A stretch of 64,000 nucleotides of DNA from Trichosphaerium sp. ATCC 40318 (taxonomy: Eukaryota > Protista > Tubulinea), in assembly GCA_038496445.1 (NCBI GenBank), contig JALMLS010000594.1, positions 62,001 to 126,000 on the forward strand, given 5' to 3'. The translations under genes were made by a program, and so were the position numbers. The notes under the pieces were generated by a model. It was not told where the DNA came from and made no database searches. It saw nothing but the letters and a program-made list of their open reading frames with translations. How positions within the stretch are numbered: position 1 is the stretch's first letter; every line of letters begins with the position of its first letter. Below are positions 1 through 13,034 of this stretch, one piece after another.

Positions 1-2721
1 AGGCAATGACTTTGCTTTACTTACAGATAGATTTGAAGTAGCTGTAGAAGATATTGCGCTTAAAACTACAGCTGTGAAGATAAGCAGTAGAATAGAATTC
101 TTTTCAGATGAACTACAAAACTCAAGAACTCAAATAGTCGCCAACTGTGTACCTGCCCCTGTTTTTTTCAAAGAACTTTAAGAGAATTACTTTGACTTTA
201 TTGCAGGACTTCTTCAGTATGGATACTGCTTCTAGCAATGAAACATGGTTTGCTGGCGGTTTTAGTAGACCAACAGCAATTGGTGAGGTTACATTATACC
301 AACCAGGAGAACTTAGAGCTGGATTTATTATGCGCTCAGGAATAAATGGAGATATTAACCTTGCTTTGGTGGCAGGTTCGTTACACTCTTTTTTTTTTGG
401 GCTGTCTTTCCTGTTGGACCTTAAACAGTGTAAAGTGTTTGGAGAAAACATTATCTTTAAGCCAGTATTGCCGAAACAGCCAACCACAAGACACAAAAGT
501 TCAGCTGAAGTTGCCGGTTGCAGAGCGCTTTCTGAAAAATGTTGAATACTTACTGACATTGCTGTAGGTGGACCAACAGATGAATTACATATAGAACATG
601 TAAGAAGTATATCACGTGATGTCGCTATTGTTTTAGGGACATTTAATGGTGAAGCTACCGTAGGGTCACAAAATTTTTCAGCACAATCCTCCAAAGCAGC
701 ATTTATTGCACAGCTTGATTTTGATTTCTATGAGCCCTTCCCTGAAACTGTTTCTGGTGTACCGTCATCAAATGCAACTGATGTTGAAGATGTCGTACTA
801 GGAGATGATGTCTACATCATACTAAGTACGGAAAGGCTAACTTGATCGTTGTCTGCTTGCAACTTTGGTTATTTTATTGCTTCTAACATTGACACTATTT
901 AGATGTTACCTCTGATTTTGTAGCATCTAAAGTTACTTCTACTGCATATGCACAACCCATTGTTATCCAAATAAGCGATAACTGTACAGTAGGTAAGTGA
1001 GAGAGCGAAAAAATAACAAGTGTACAATAAGTGTAGCTAATATTTGGTTTGCCTTAGATTCTTTGTGTTTTAAGATACCATTTGAAGAGAACAAGAGCGT
1101 TCTCAATATTACGTCAATATCAGCCAAAAGGCAAAACAAAGCACAGCTTGTTGATGTTACAATATCCTTTACTTTGAAGCACAGTGCTTTTGATGGTGGT
1201 CCTACAACACCTCTCAGTGTGGATAGTACAATCGTTGTACTTCCACAAGCAATAGCATCACCAACTAGTGGCGGACAAGTTGTTAGTGGCAATGGTCCAA
1301 AATCAAACAACACTCTTTATATTATTTTGGGTGTTGCTGGTGTGTGCCTGTTGATTGCTATCATTGCAATGATAGCTGTTTTGGTGTTAAGGAAACGAAG
1401 AGTAAAACAAATATCTCCAACTCTTGTTACTGCAGCGAATAGTAATACGCTGTTGTACTTGAAGTATGATCAAATAACAATGGGAAAAGTAATAGGTATG
1501 TAAACTACTATGAATACTTCCAAAAACAGTACTAAGTTGTTTGATAGGTTATGGAAGTGCGTGTACTGTACACGACGCAGTTTATAATGATAATCCTATT
1601 GCTGTGAAAGTACCTCATGTTCAATCAAGTGAAAGTGCTGCTGCATTGGTTGCCGAAGCTGACATCATGAAGTAAGACAGAAGCAAGTGTTCTAACTATT
1701 TTTCTTATTGTTCAATTAGCTCAATACCTTCTCACCCAAACGTTGTTTCATTGATTGGTATATCACTCAAACAAGGGCATCCAAAACTGGTGATGGAGCT
1801 TGCAACTGGTGGTACACTTGAACAACACTATAAAGCAAAGCAAGATCCGTTCTTAGAATCAGAACTTGAGTTTTACGCAAAGCAAATAATAAAAGGATTG
1901 GGACATATCCATAAATCAAATGTAGTACACAAGTACGTTAAACTTTAACAGCCAACAGGCAGTCTCTAATGATCTATAAACAAGGGATTTGGCTTGTAGA
2001 AATATTATATTAGAGGGTGGCGTTCCTAAGATTACTGGTGCGGTCATTTTAAGCAACACCGTCTAGAATGTCCCTAATCCACTTTTTTTCTTTCTTAGAT
2101 TTTGGATTTCAACCTGAGAATATCAGTCTCAAAACAGCTGGCCCTGTTCAGTTTATGGCTCCTGAAAACTTTTCAAAGAAGTACTCATATGCAAGTGATA
2201 TATGGTGCGTTCATTTCACTAGATAGTACCTTTACTTAACTTCTAATTACAAAACCAGACTAACTTTCAAATTTGTTAATTTTAGGTCTTATGGTATTGT
2301 TATTCATGAGTTGCTCTACAGACAAACACCACATTATGATCATGCCTCAGATTTAGCTGGACTAGCTATAAAGATTAGAGAAACAGGATATACACCTGCT
2401 TTTTCTAATGGTTGTCCTAAAAATTGGATAACCTTGCTAACACGTTGCTGGGCCAAAGGTAAGTCCAACACTTTGTTGGTTTGCGGGTCTAATGATTCTC
2501 TTCTAGATCCAAGTCTTAGACCTACAGCACACGATATTATGCTTCAGCTTGGTGTAAACAACAATGATTGCGAAAGCTTCAGTTCAGCAAACTACCGTCC
2601 TGTACCAGCTAAGCTTGGAGGTGCTGACGATAGTGAAAGCTTTAGTGCCACCAATTACTACGCTGTACCAGCCAAGCATGAAAATGCAGCCGCCACCAAC
2701 TACGCTGATTACAGTTTATAG
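1..2721 (+). CDS. Receptor tyrosine kinase-like protein (5'-partial, multi-exon): beta-propeller-like ectodomain, single TM helix, TK/TKL kinase domain, Tyr-repeat tail
   Basis: TM LYIILGVAGVCLLIAIIAMIAVLVL-RKRR (~1315-1400). Spliced kinase motifs: GKVIGYGSACTV, IAVK, HPNVVSLIG, VHKDLACRN, DFG, GPVQFMAPE, SDIWSYG, CW-DPSLRPT. Stop at 2721. Confidence 0.88.
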
Positions 2722-4084
2722 ACTGTTCCAAATTTGGTGTTTTTGCTGTTCGTAGTCTATATAAACGTGATGGCATGTTTTAATACTGGAGAGTATATCT
2801 ATTTTTATAAAAACTGATTGCTATTGGCAACACAACACTCGAACCTCAAAATTAACTAAGTGTAAACTAATCACGTGATGTAAACCACATCTGTGATATA
2901 AACTGCCTACAGAATCTGACCTGTGTAGTTCAAGTTTGCTTACAATTATCATTGTAAATTGTTTTGAGAGCGAGCTATGCTAGTGTAACAGACTTAAAAA
3001 AAAAGGATATTTACATCACAAGTATCCACAACGTTTGTTGTATTGAGAAATTGGTAGAGGGTTTCAGTGCCTATTTGTAATAAGATGCGACTTACAGAAA
3101 GAGGTTTAGCATACCAACTAAAGAAAGAGGACAACTTTGAAGAAGCTGTTTTTGGCAACTTCCCTTTTTTTGCCAATGCAACCATCATGGCCTCTTCAAA
3201 CACTATGCAAACAATTAAAAGAGAAGCTATGAACCCTGTAAACCTTACATTCATTAATACCATTTCCATTAAGAGCACTACATTCGACATATGAATGTGC
3301 CTTGTGTATAGTCAAACAGGATTATATTGAAGTACTAAGCTTACACCTATTTTTATAGCCATCTTTTCACCTTCCTCTCGTTTAATACACTTATTAGGGT
3401 CACTGGCTTCCTTTATTGTAGTTCTTCGGTCTGATTTAAGGCCAACAAGAACTATGTATGCTCCAGGGCACAAACTTTCTACTTCAGGTTTCCACTACAA
3501 GCACTAAGTTGAAGGAAGAAAAAACTCAAGTCAAGTACCTTTGTTGCAATGTTATGAAAGCTTATAGTAGAATTAACGCTGAAGCATATCATAACTACAT
3601 CAGTCTTCTTAATAGACATATAAGAAAGTCTCATGTTCAATTGCCTGACCACGAAAAAAATAAGAAACTGTTACTTACAAAGTACATAAGATATCTCAAA
3701 CGTTCATCATCGCAAGATGTATCCCATAAGCCTTATAAAATTGTCATAAAGTCAATCAAATAATAAAGCACAAACCTAAGCATACTGTCTTACCCAAAAC
3801 TTCTATTTTTGAGCTACAGGTACTTAATAAAAAAAAATAGACAAAAAAAAAAGCCTTTCGGCTAAGACGTTTTTCTTGTTCATCACGTGACTATTTGTAA
3901 ACAAATTGCTAATTAAGCTAATCACCTCCAATTATCAAATACAGGCCGCGCTAATGTAGTTAAGATAAATGCTAACTAGAAAAATGACGTTGCTTACTGT
4001 TTGTAAAACAATTTTTAGTGTAGCGTATCAACAAGCTTGATTTACCTAGGCAGTTTTAATAACGACCCTTACCACTTCTACAAC

Positions 4085-5811
4085 ATGCCAACTGCTCTAT
4101 CTCCATTAACAACGATCTTTATAGTCATTGGAGTTTGTTTTCGTAAATTCAGCTGATTAGACTTTGCCTATCAAATCTCAATTAATTTTGTTATCGTTCG
4201 AATGATGTTAGAGGTGCTTCCTCAAAAGTATCCATGGATTATACTGTTGATATTGTTAGTAGTTGTGGCGATGTATCTTGTACTATGTGCGTATTTCGTA
4301 CTCTTTAAATCCTCTAACACATTAAAACACGTGAAGACAGCGATGACAATCTACCAATAGCATTTTCTGTATCAAACACAGTTGAGCAACAGAAAACAAC
4401 GACTAGTCCGCCATTGCCGCCTAAATACTGTTATACGACACTAGTAGGTACGTTGATGCGTAATGGAGCGTGACATACGTTTTTAAGTCATCGCTCCGAC
4501 ACGTGATTAAATTAAATAAGGGTCAAACAACTACATCATGCCGTTAATGGTATTGGCATACAGCATGAAATTACAAAACCTTTCGTATCCATTTATCGTA
4601 TATGTAACTGATGACGTTCTTCCTAATGCACGTTGTTATTAAAGCTGAGTAGTTGTGTATTAACATAATCACACGGTCTAGATTCCGGCAGGTTGGGAAG
4701 GACTTATTGATGAGATTCGTGTACTTAAAGCTGAACCTGATTTTCTAAAAGGACTTTCAAATCATATTAGCGAAGTACTGTTACTTGCAACTTCACAGTT
4801 ACGCTACACTTGCTGACCAAGGTTTTTGTTAGTTAGACGCCATACAGTTCCAAAAATTATTGTTTTTCAAACTATTGCTTGAGTTCGAAATTGTTTGCTT
4901 CATCGATGCTGATATTGTTATTATTGACAACATTGACGAAATATTCACTTTTCCAACACCTGCAGGTATCACGTGATTTATAAAAAAGAATTTATGACAT
5001 GTTTTATTTAGCTCATCATGAGTATTGGGCAGAAAAGGGAGATGATTCAGTAAACACAGGTTTCTTCACATACGAACCTTCAAAAACTATGTTCAATTTT
5101 CTAGCTACAAATTTAAAGTTTTTTTATGATTCAGTAAGAGAGTTCAGTACAATTTGTAATGATCAGTATATATTGAATGAAGCGTTCCATGGAAGGTATA
5201 ATAATACTCGTGCACATAACACTACATATTGGTACAACCTTCCACAGTACGTGAAAAGCAAATTTTCTGGAATTCTTCTGGAGAGAAAAAACATTACTAC
5301 AAACTGTACTACTTATCATTGTTGTTCATAGGTATTATGTCATGGATATGAGAGTACTGAATTTATACTACAAGAAACCGGGATGGATGCATTCAAAAGT
5401 ATTACACTATCCATCTAGTGGCCGAAAGCCATGGAGCACGAACGTAAATACAAGTCGTATTTTTACCCTTTTTCTTTCTTAATACGGCAACTGGTTCAGT
5501 TTCTTTCTTATTCGTTCAAATAGAATCCGAGGATTGTACTGCAAATGATACAATGGTGGAGATTCTACGATGGTTTGGTTAGTAATTATCCTGTGTTAAC
5601 ACAAAGTCAAAAACTATTTCATGCGAATGTGACCAAGCTAAAAAAACCAGAAGTGTTTCATAACGTATCATGGCATCCTTATGCTACAATAGAGAAGATT
5701 AATGAGCGTTCTGTGCTAGGAACTATAACTTATGATGACTATCAGGACAATATAAAACCATACATGCGCTTGCAAGAGTACAACGTTTACCGAAACAATT
5801 CTAAAAAATAA
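4085..5811 (+). CDS. Glycosyltransferase family 8 (glycogenin-like), type II membrane protein, multi-exon
   Basis: N-terminal TM (WIILLILLVVVAMYLVL). Spliced YTTLV..NYIMPLMVLAYSMK, FQKLLFFKLLLEFEIVCFIDADI (DxD), VNTGFF, NDQYILN and LHYPSSGRKPW match the GT8 pattern. Start codon approximate. Confidence 0.85.
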
Positions 5812-6210
5812 ATAACAAAATGACCATACCAAAAGGTCCGTCAGCAATGCTCATGCTTCTCCCTATCCGTAGTCTCCAAAGAGGATTTGGAGAACTTATG
5901 ACGTAGAGTAATTACTAAGTAGTCGTAACAAGGCCATAATTGGAAGCGTTTTACTATCCCGCATCTGCCTTAAGCATTATATTTCACTACCTGTGACAAC
6001 ATTTCTTCCGCTACTTTTCATTGGCACGTGCGTACAACGGGGAAAAGAAACGAAATTTCAGGAATTTATGAACTCATAAACGATTTTGCGGCTGTAGCTA
6101 CGTCCATTGAAAAGCTGGAGAATTGTACTGTTTTTAATACTTACAGGCTGAACTACAAGTCAATTGTTTTATACACCATTAAATCACTTTCGAATCAGCT
6201 CCAAGCAATC

Positions 6211-7062
6211 ATGAACTCGACTAAATACGGTTTGCAAGACGAAAATGATTTTTCTGTAAGTGCAACGTTAATACGCCTTCCTTTAATGTGGTTATCCATA
6301 AATACATGTATTTTAACCGTATTAGTAGTACGACGGGCCTATAGATGATGGTTGCTACGATTCACGTATGAGCGAAATGAGTTGTAGTACAGATCCCAAT
6401 ACAGGTAAATTAGTGTGTAATAAGGTCGTTAAGACCATTAGACGATGCCCAGGAAAAGCACCGGTACAACATATGCTCAAAAACCGTTCAAACGCTAAAT
6501 TACGCGTAGATAATAATAAACGAGACAACTGAAGAAAATATTCCACCACATGAAAGCTCTTTTGATCAAAATCAGTTTCCTCCCGGTTTTGGGTACGTAA
6601 AATATCATTGCGTTGAAGTTACAAGCGTTTTTAAACCAATAATTACTTTGTGACACTTTGTTACTTTTTTTTTTTTAACGACCGTTTAGCTTTCACCAAG
6701 GCGGAAACAAGGATGACTTTTTTGGCCCATCATTGGGTGATATTATAGGTGCAATGTTTGGTGGTATGCTTGGACAGGATCCTTTAAAGATGAGTGACTT
6801 TGACGATTTCTTTGGTACATTTAAAAAAAAATGTCAAAAAAAAACATGTCATTGCACTTTAACATTTTTTTTCCTTCTCACACGTGTGTATAGATAAACG
6901 AGACCAAGATTTCGGTAGATTTCCAAATGACACTCGTCAAAATGTTGATCAAGGCGCGTTTGATGATGGAGAAGACGAATGGCTACGCCAACCGCGCACA
7001 AAGCGTTAAAATATATCCACACACTGTACATAGAGCAAATAAAGCGTTTTGAAGACGTCTGA
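6211..7062 (+). CDS. Small protein resembling the Mal d 1/Fra a 1-associated protein family, multi-exon
   Basis: Spliced GCYDSRMSEMSCSTDPNTGKLVCNKVVKTIRRCPGKAP, then an F/G/D-rich region and a C-terminal ...RFEDV*. Family match is from memory only. Confidence 0.5.
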
Positions 7063-7258
7063 GCTCAGAAACAATTAAGTCTCAGCGCATAAAATAAGTC
7101 AGAAAGCATAAAAATTTTCACCCACAACACGCCACGCGTCTTGCTACTTGTTCTATAAGTACACCCATTGTTAGGGCACACCACAGTATGCTGTAGAACC
7201 ACCAACATCGTACGTAAACCCTTTCTTCTTGATTTCCTTCTTTTCTCTTTGTCTTTAA

Positions 7259-7338
7259 ATCACATGATGACCATACCGTGTTACCCTACCAAGTGGTGGC
7301 CACTATGAGTACAACCTTTTAGCTATTTTTCTGAGGAT
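7259..7338 (+). ncRNA. Candidate box C/D snoRNA (intronic)
   Basis: ATGATGA at 7264-7270 and CTGA at 7331-7334, with a short ATC/GAT terminal stem, downstream of a GTACGT donor at 7210. No guide target identified. Confidence 0.3.
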
Positions 7339-7515
7339 AAATAACCAAAACGCTTTTCTTTCCTTGACGCACGAAAGCAGTTAGATTAACGTTATACCTA
7401 GGCGACCAAAAATAAAACAAGCAAAGGCCATAGCGATTAGAAAAATGCGTAAAACTACCTGCGAGTGAAACGTACGCATTCAAGACCTAACCGCAACCGT
7501 TTTTATTTTAAATCG

Positions 7516-7584
7516 TTACGATGACGACACAAAACGCATTGACTGAATTTTATGTGGTCCAATCGTTACGACCGTGCTGAGAAA
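7516..7584 (+). ncRNA. Second candidate box C/D snoRNA
   Basis: ATGACGA at 7521, an internal CTGA and a terminal CTGA at 7577-7580, downstream of a GTACGC donor at 7472. Confidence 0.22.
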
Positions 7585-8410
7585 ATTATAATAATCAAAT
7601 CTACAATTTTTTACCGCCTAAATACTTGAAAGTCGCTAACGCCTTCAAAAGGGTTCCCAAACCGAACAATACAAGACACTCGAATACAGGGAACCAGAAC
7701 AGAACACCAAAGACAACGTACGCGATAACTAAGACAAAAACAAGAAAAAAAATCTACTTTATTTCTTGCATGATTAAGAAACATTTGAACCTCATTCATT
7801 CTGAAATGTACTGTCGATAAAGCGTAGATGAAGCAAGAAAAAAAAATATCAAAAACTTTTCGCATTTTTTGTTCCTCTCCTTCAAATCAACTTACGTTCA
7901 TCAAAGGTACCACGATTGACCCCGAAGTCAAATAAAATAACAACAACAACATCCAACAACACGATGCCTTGTTCTGTGTACATAGCGTTTTAAACTCAAA
8001 AAGCGAGAATGTTATGTACATGGCATGAGGCTAAATGTATTGTTCTTCATTGTTTCTCAGAGTACATACTCAATTAGTCATAATCACTCCATGTCTGAAC
8101 GGCACTAGAGGTCTTGCTTTTACGGTTAACTGTTGAGGGCCTGAAGTTGAATTGAAGAGTATCTGAAGGTCTGTCGAATGTCTGAACCTCAACAAGGGTA
8201 AGCTGAACAAGCTATGAAAGAATTGCAATAAAGTCTTTCGTTTTTAATTGGCAATGGCGAAGCAAACCAATCCGTTATCAGGATCACCAATTATTACTAC
8301 GTAACTCGCTGGGTTGTGAGGTTCGGTTGAACCGTGTTGTTGTCCTATTGTGTTCTTCACCGCTTCAGTTAAACAAGGAGCTCTGCCTAAGGCAGTAAAA
8401 CAAGTAAAGA

Positions 8411-9989
8411 ATGCTTACAAGTGAATCAATAGCTGAAGAGTTCATTGAGCTTGCTGTAGATGACCATAACCCGGAAAAAGAAGCTACCACGTTCGCTTTT
8501 ACAGCTGTTTTGACAAGTTTATGATTAAAACGTTTAGAATATTGTCTGCTAATACATCAGACGGTCCCCTCCGCGTCCAGCTCCTAGAACAATGCTCTTT
8601 TAACGCTTGGTATTAAACGTAAACGCGTCTGAACGTTTTTTCTAAACAAACCAGGTATCCAGCGCTTAGAGAGCTTACTTTCAACTCAGTTGTTATTGAA
8701 ATCAGCGAAGAACATATTCGTACTCTAGTAAATAGGTACAACTGTGCGGACGTGCGTCAAACAAGATTCAACTGTAAAAAAAATGGACAAAAAAAAAATA
8801 GGAATCGACTTTGAGCTTGAAGCACAAGGACGCTTTGAAGGATTTAGAGAAAATAATGGACGAAGCAATAAGATCAACTCAGGGTACATTTTCTTATACA
8901 GCTAACCTGTTGGATAGAGCTAACGCAAAGGTTTTCCAAGGTGATCAAAAACAAGGAGTATTTTTTCGATTTGATACAAGAAGGTACACATTAACGCGAG
9001 ATTTATCACGTGACTTTATTTCTTTTTGTTTGCAATTTCTCATTTGCTCAGCCCAAAAGATGCTTCATTCTTGTCGAAGTCAACAGCGTCAAGACTTCAA
9101 GAGGCATTGAAGAGGTCATCAAACCCTTCACCTGAACACGAGGCAATAAAATTGTTAGTTGAAGCGGCAAGCAAGGGTATGCGCGTATCAAATGCGTCTG
9201 AAGCATTAGATCTGATAAATGAAAGGCAATTGAATATAATATGATTTTTGAGTACTTATTCTTATGTTAGTCCTCGGATCTGGAACGATTTGATGGCTAT
9301 CTTAAATTTTTCTGAGCAACCAAAAACATATCTCATTTTTAGGGAGTGGAAAACCATTAGTCTTGAAGGTTAACGTTCTTGAATATTGCATCGTTTTATT
9401 TGCTAACAATAAATTAAGATGAATTTCGAGTGTTTGTTTCAAATGGCAAGGTACCTTACAACGTCACTTGCGATTGTTGCAACATTAAGATTGCTATCAT
9501 TTAGATTTGTGCGATCGGACAATACTTCCACTTCTTGTACTTCCCAAAGCTTGCTTCAGATGAATCATATCTCCAAGGTAAGTATAAGTAGTTATAATTG
9601 TGTATACTGATTGATGATAGATAAACAAAGGGAAATCATAGCGATTGTCAAGAAGGCTTTGAAGGTTTTACCCGAATCTCTACAAACAGTTATTATTGAT
9701 GTTGTTTTTGTTGGCTCCACTCCGTTTGTCTTAGAACTTAACCCTTGTGTACGTACCCTCAAAATACCTTAGTGTCAATGTCACCTACATATTGCTTATT
9801 GTTATTGAGGGACCGTCTTCTGGGGCTGGTTTGTTCAATTGGGAGAAAGATAACAAACTTCTTAATGGATGCGAAGAAAAAATTGAATTTCGTGTCAGAA
9901 AACAACCACGTGATAATTTTGATGGTGTAACATTATTGCCTGTAGGATACAAAAAAGTACTAGAACAAGCAATGTGCCAACAGAAATAA
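8411..9989 (+). CDS. Cdc123/D123-like (R2K clade) ATP-grasp protein, multi-exon
   Basis: Spliced motifs GVFFRFDTRSPKDA, ESPRIWNDL, LIFREW, EFRVFVSNGKICAIGQY, VIIDV and VLELNPWGPSSGAGLFNWEKD are typical of Cdc123-like proteins. Confidence 0.85.
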
Positions 9990-10206
9990 ATCAACAAAAG
10001 ATGAACCCCTTTTTTTAAACCTCAAAAACTGTACTCTAAGCTGCCTCGTTAAAACTCAGTTGAGGGTCGTTAATTGGTGTAAAACCGCAGTAAAAAGTAG
10101 TCACTATCTACCACTAATTAGTCGTTTTGGGTAAAAGTCTATTGTATTCTACTGACTTATTTCTTGTTCGTTACAAAAACCGTTCAGGATTGTGCGCTAG
10201 TTGACA

Positions 10207-12626
10207 ATGCTTCGAATTGCAGTATTCGCGTTTGTATTAGTGCTATCAGCTTTAGTTTGTTCTCAAAAGCCACCGAAGCCTCATGTGTTGTTTATATTGA
10301 TAGATGACTACGGTTGGGCTAATGTTGGATACCACAGGTACTGAATTATCCGAATATAAAAAGAAAACAAGCGAAGCAAAACAAAAAAAAGGATTGTTGG
10401 CCATTTTGCTCTTTAAATTTCTTCACGTGGGACATCTTTAACTTTGAAAGGAACCCACCAACTAGAGAGGTTCAAACACCAAACATGGATAAATTGGTTG
10501 CTGAAGGCATAGAATTAGACAGACATTATGTATTCAAAGTAAGAAATCAGCAAACTTTTCTAGCTACTTTTCTTCTTTTTGTATTTTTATTTATAATCAC
10601 GTGCCATAATTTCCTTTCCTTCTTATCAGAAACGATAGTACTGCTCACCAACACGTTCGGCAATACAGTCGGGGCGCAACCCGATACATGTTAACGTCCT
10701 CAACATCGATCCAGTGTACCACAACCCAAATGATCCTGTTTCTGGATTTCAAGGTATTCCAAGGAACATGACTGGTATAGCCGAGAAAATGAAGAGCGCT
10801 GGATACGCAACTCACATGACCGGCAAATGGTACGTTTTCTATGTAACAAAGAGAAAGCTAACAAATTCTCAGGGATGCTGGAATGGTATCATGCATTAGC
10901 TGATTTCTTTGTTTTCTTTTTCTGGTCGTTTATTTATAGTTTAGGCAACACCTGATCATTCTCCTCTTGGCAGAGGGTACGAAACAAGCTTACATTACTT
11001 TCATCACCTGAACGACTACTGGACGTGCGTGAATTGTTTGAGTCTGAGAAACTTAGTAGCGAAGCACCTTTTTTTGTTTACACTTTGAAGGTTTGAGAGA
11101 GACAAATGCTCAAGCAAGAATATCGTGGATCTGTGGAAAACTGACGCACCAGCACGTGCACTTACAAATCCGCATAATTGCAGCCAAACAAATCAACCAA
11201 GGGATTGTGTTTATGAAGATGCCCTGTTTTCTGAATTCGTTCTTGATGTACTTGATAATCATGATCCATCGACTCCCTTGTTCCTCTTCTGGGCACCACA
11301 CTCAGTACATAATCCTCTTGAGGTACAAATAAAAAGAGTTATATACTTGCCGCTAACAGAGGTATAACAGGTGCCTCAGGAATACGTTGACAAGTTCTCA
11401 TTTATTGATATAAAACACAGACAATTGTACCATGTACTGTTTATTTACAATCTTTTTTCCTTTTTTCTGTTCAACTAATCTGTTGTAGGCAATGACAAAC
11501 TATATTGATGACCGTATTGGTGTTGTTGTGAATACTCTTAAAGAAAAAGGAATGTACGATGATACATTGATTGTTATGTCTTCAGACAACGGAGGTCCAA
11601 TTTATGCAAATGGTAAAAAACAAAATCCCGTAACAAATTTCTTTTCTCTCACACTTTTGTGAGGTACTGCTGGAGGTAATAATTGGCCCCTACGAGGAGG
11701 TAAAATAAGTAATTTTGAGGGAGGCGTACGAGTAAATGCATTCGCTTCAGGAGGTCTTGTAAGTACTTGCTTATTTAACAAGGTTGTCTTTGGGGTCTCT
11801 AACAAAGTTCAGATTCCTAAAGAACGTCGAGGTACAAAAGAAGAAGGGTACATCTGTGGTTGGGATTGGTATGCTACGTTCTGTCATTTAGCAGGTGTAG
11901 ATCCGACAGATGAGAAAGCAGCTAAAGGTGCAAACAAGTAGCTTGCAATTCCAGTTTTTTATGCTTTTCGATAGCGAACTTGCCGCCGATTGATTCTTTC
12001 AACATGTGGCCTATTTTGTCTGGACAAACAAAGACAAGTCCAAGAAATATAATCCCTCTTGGGAGTCCAGATCCTGTTGATAAAGGAGGTGCTATGGTTC
12101 CTACAATGGTAAACGCTATAATAGTAGGAGAATGGAAGGTATAAAAGAGACTTGCTGACGGTTCTAATACTAAAAAACATGTAGCTCCTTGTTGGCAACA
12201 TTACTCAAGATTCTTGGACCGGTCCTATTTATCCTAATGCTACAACAAATTGGGATTCTTTAAAAGTTCACTTAGCTTGCGGAGATAGCGGATGTCTCTT
12301 CAACATAAAGAACGGTAAGTCACTCTAGCCAAAAGAAAACTAGCCTTGGAGTTTCTGTTTTTTCTATTTTGTTCACGTGATAAAACACACTTAATTTGTG
12401 ATTACTGTGAATGTCTTGGTTTATTGTTTGGTTTACTTTCTACCTAGATCCTACTGAACACTTTGATATGGCCAGTGTAGAACCAAAGATTCTTGCTGAA
12501 ATGCATGGGCATCTTAAGAAAGCACAAGCATCTGTTTTCAGTCCTAATAGAGGTACTGTTTCACCAATAGCTTGTGAAGATGCTCTTAACAAGTATGATG
12601 GATATTGGGGTCCTTTTCTTAAATAA
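10207..12626 (+). CDS. Secreted/lysosomal arylsulfatase B-like sulfatase, multi-exon
   Basis: Signal peptide; PHVLFILIDDYGW; TPNMDKL; formylglycine motif YCSPTRSAIQSGR (~10640-10680); GYATHMTGKW; SSDNGG; NNWPLRGGK; FEGGVRV. Confidence 0.95.
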
Positions 12627-12768
12627 AACCTGAGTTGACAATCATCTTCCTTGTGCCTGGTTATGGATTCATGAACCTTTTCGGCTTCGCAAGTGAGATG
12701 TAAAAGTTAGTGTCTGACTCACTTTTCTGCTTGGAAATTCTCGTTTCTCAATTTCCGAAATGTTCATA

Positions 12769-12989
12769 GCGCCAAAAAAAATACAGTACAAGTACAAACT
12801 AAAACAGTTTATTTACAAGTAAATAATACAATGGGTGAGCGTCTTTTGTATTGAAGAGCATGTGACAAATCTGAGATAGACACCAAAAAAGGCGGTCATT
12901 GTAATTCTTCCCTGTATAATTTTCTCCCTTGCTATAAATTTATCAAAACAGAATTCTCACGGTACCTGTAACAACTCGTCTTATAACCT
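12769..12989. repeat. ~220-bp dispersed repeat; inverted copy at ~39893-40098
   Basis: GCCAAAAAAAATACAGTACAAGTACAAAC...GGTACCTGTAACAACTCG is the reverse complement of 39905-40098, with a few indels. Confidence 0.9.
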
Positions 12990-13034
12990 TAGATAAGGAA
13001 AACGACAATTATTACCCACACCGTTAATACGACT

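Noticed and set aside
2994-3763. Short ORFs between the kinase and GT8 genes
   Set aside because: I could not splice them into a stop-free model or recognise a motif; possibly a decayed gene.
3853-3868. GCCTTTCGGCTAAGAC resembling the U2 snRNA 5' stem
   Set aside because: No GTGTAGTA branch-pairing sequence or Sm site follows.
5921-5933. AGTCGTAACAAGG, the conserved SSU rRNA 3' motif
   Set aside because: Only 13 nt, and the flanks are not rRNA-like.
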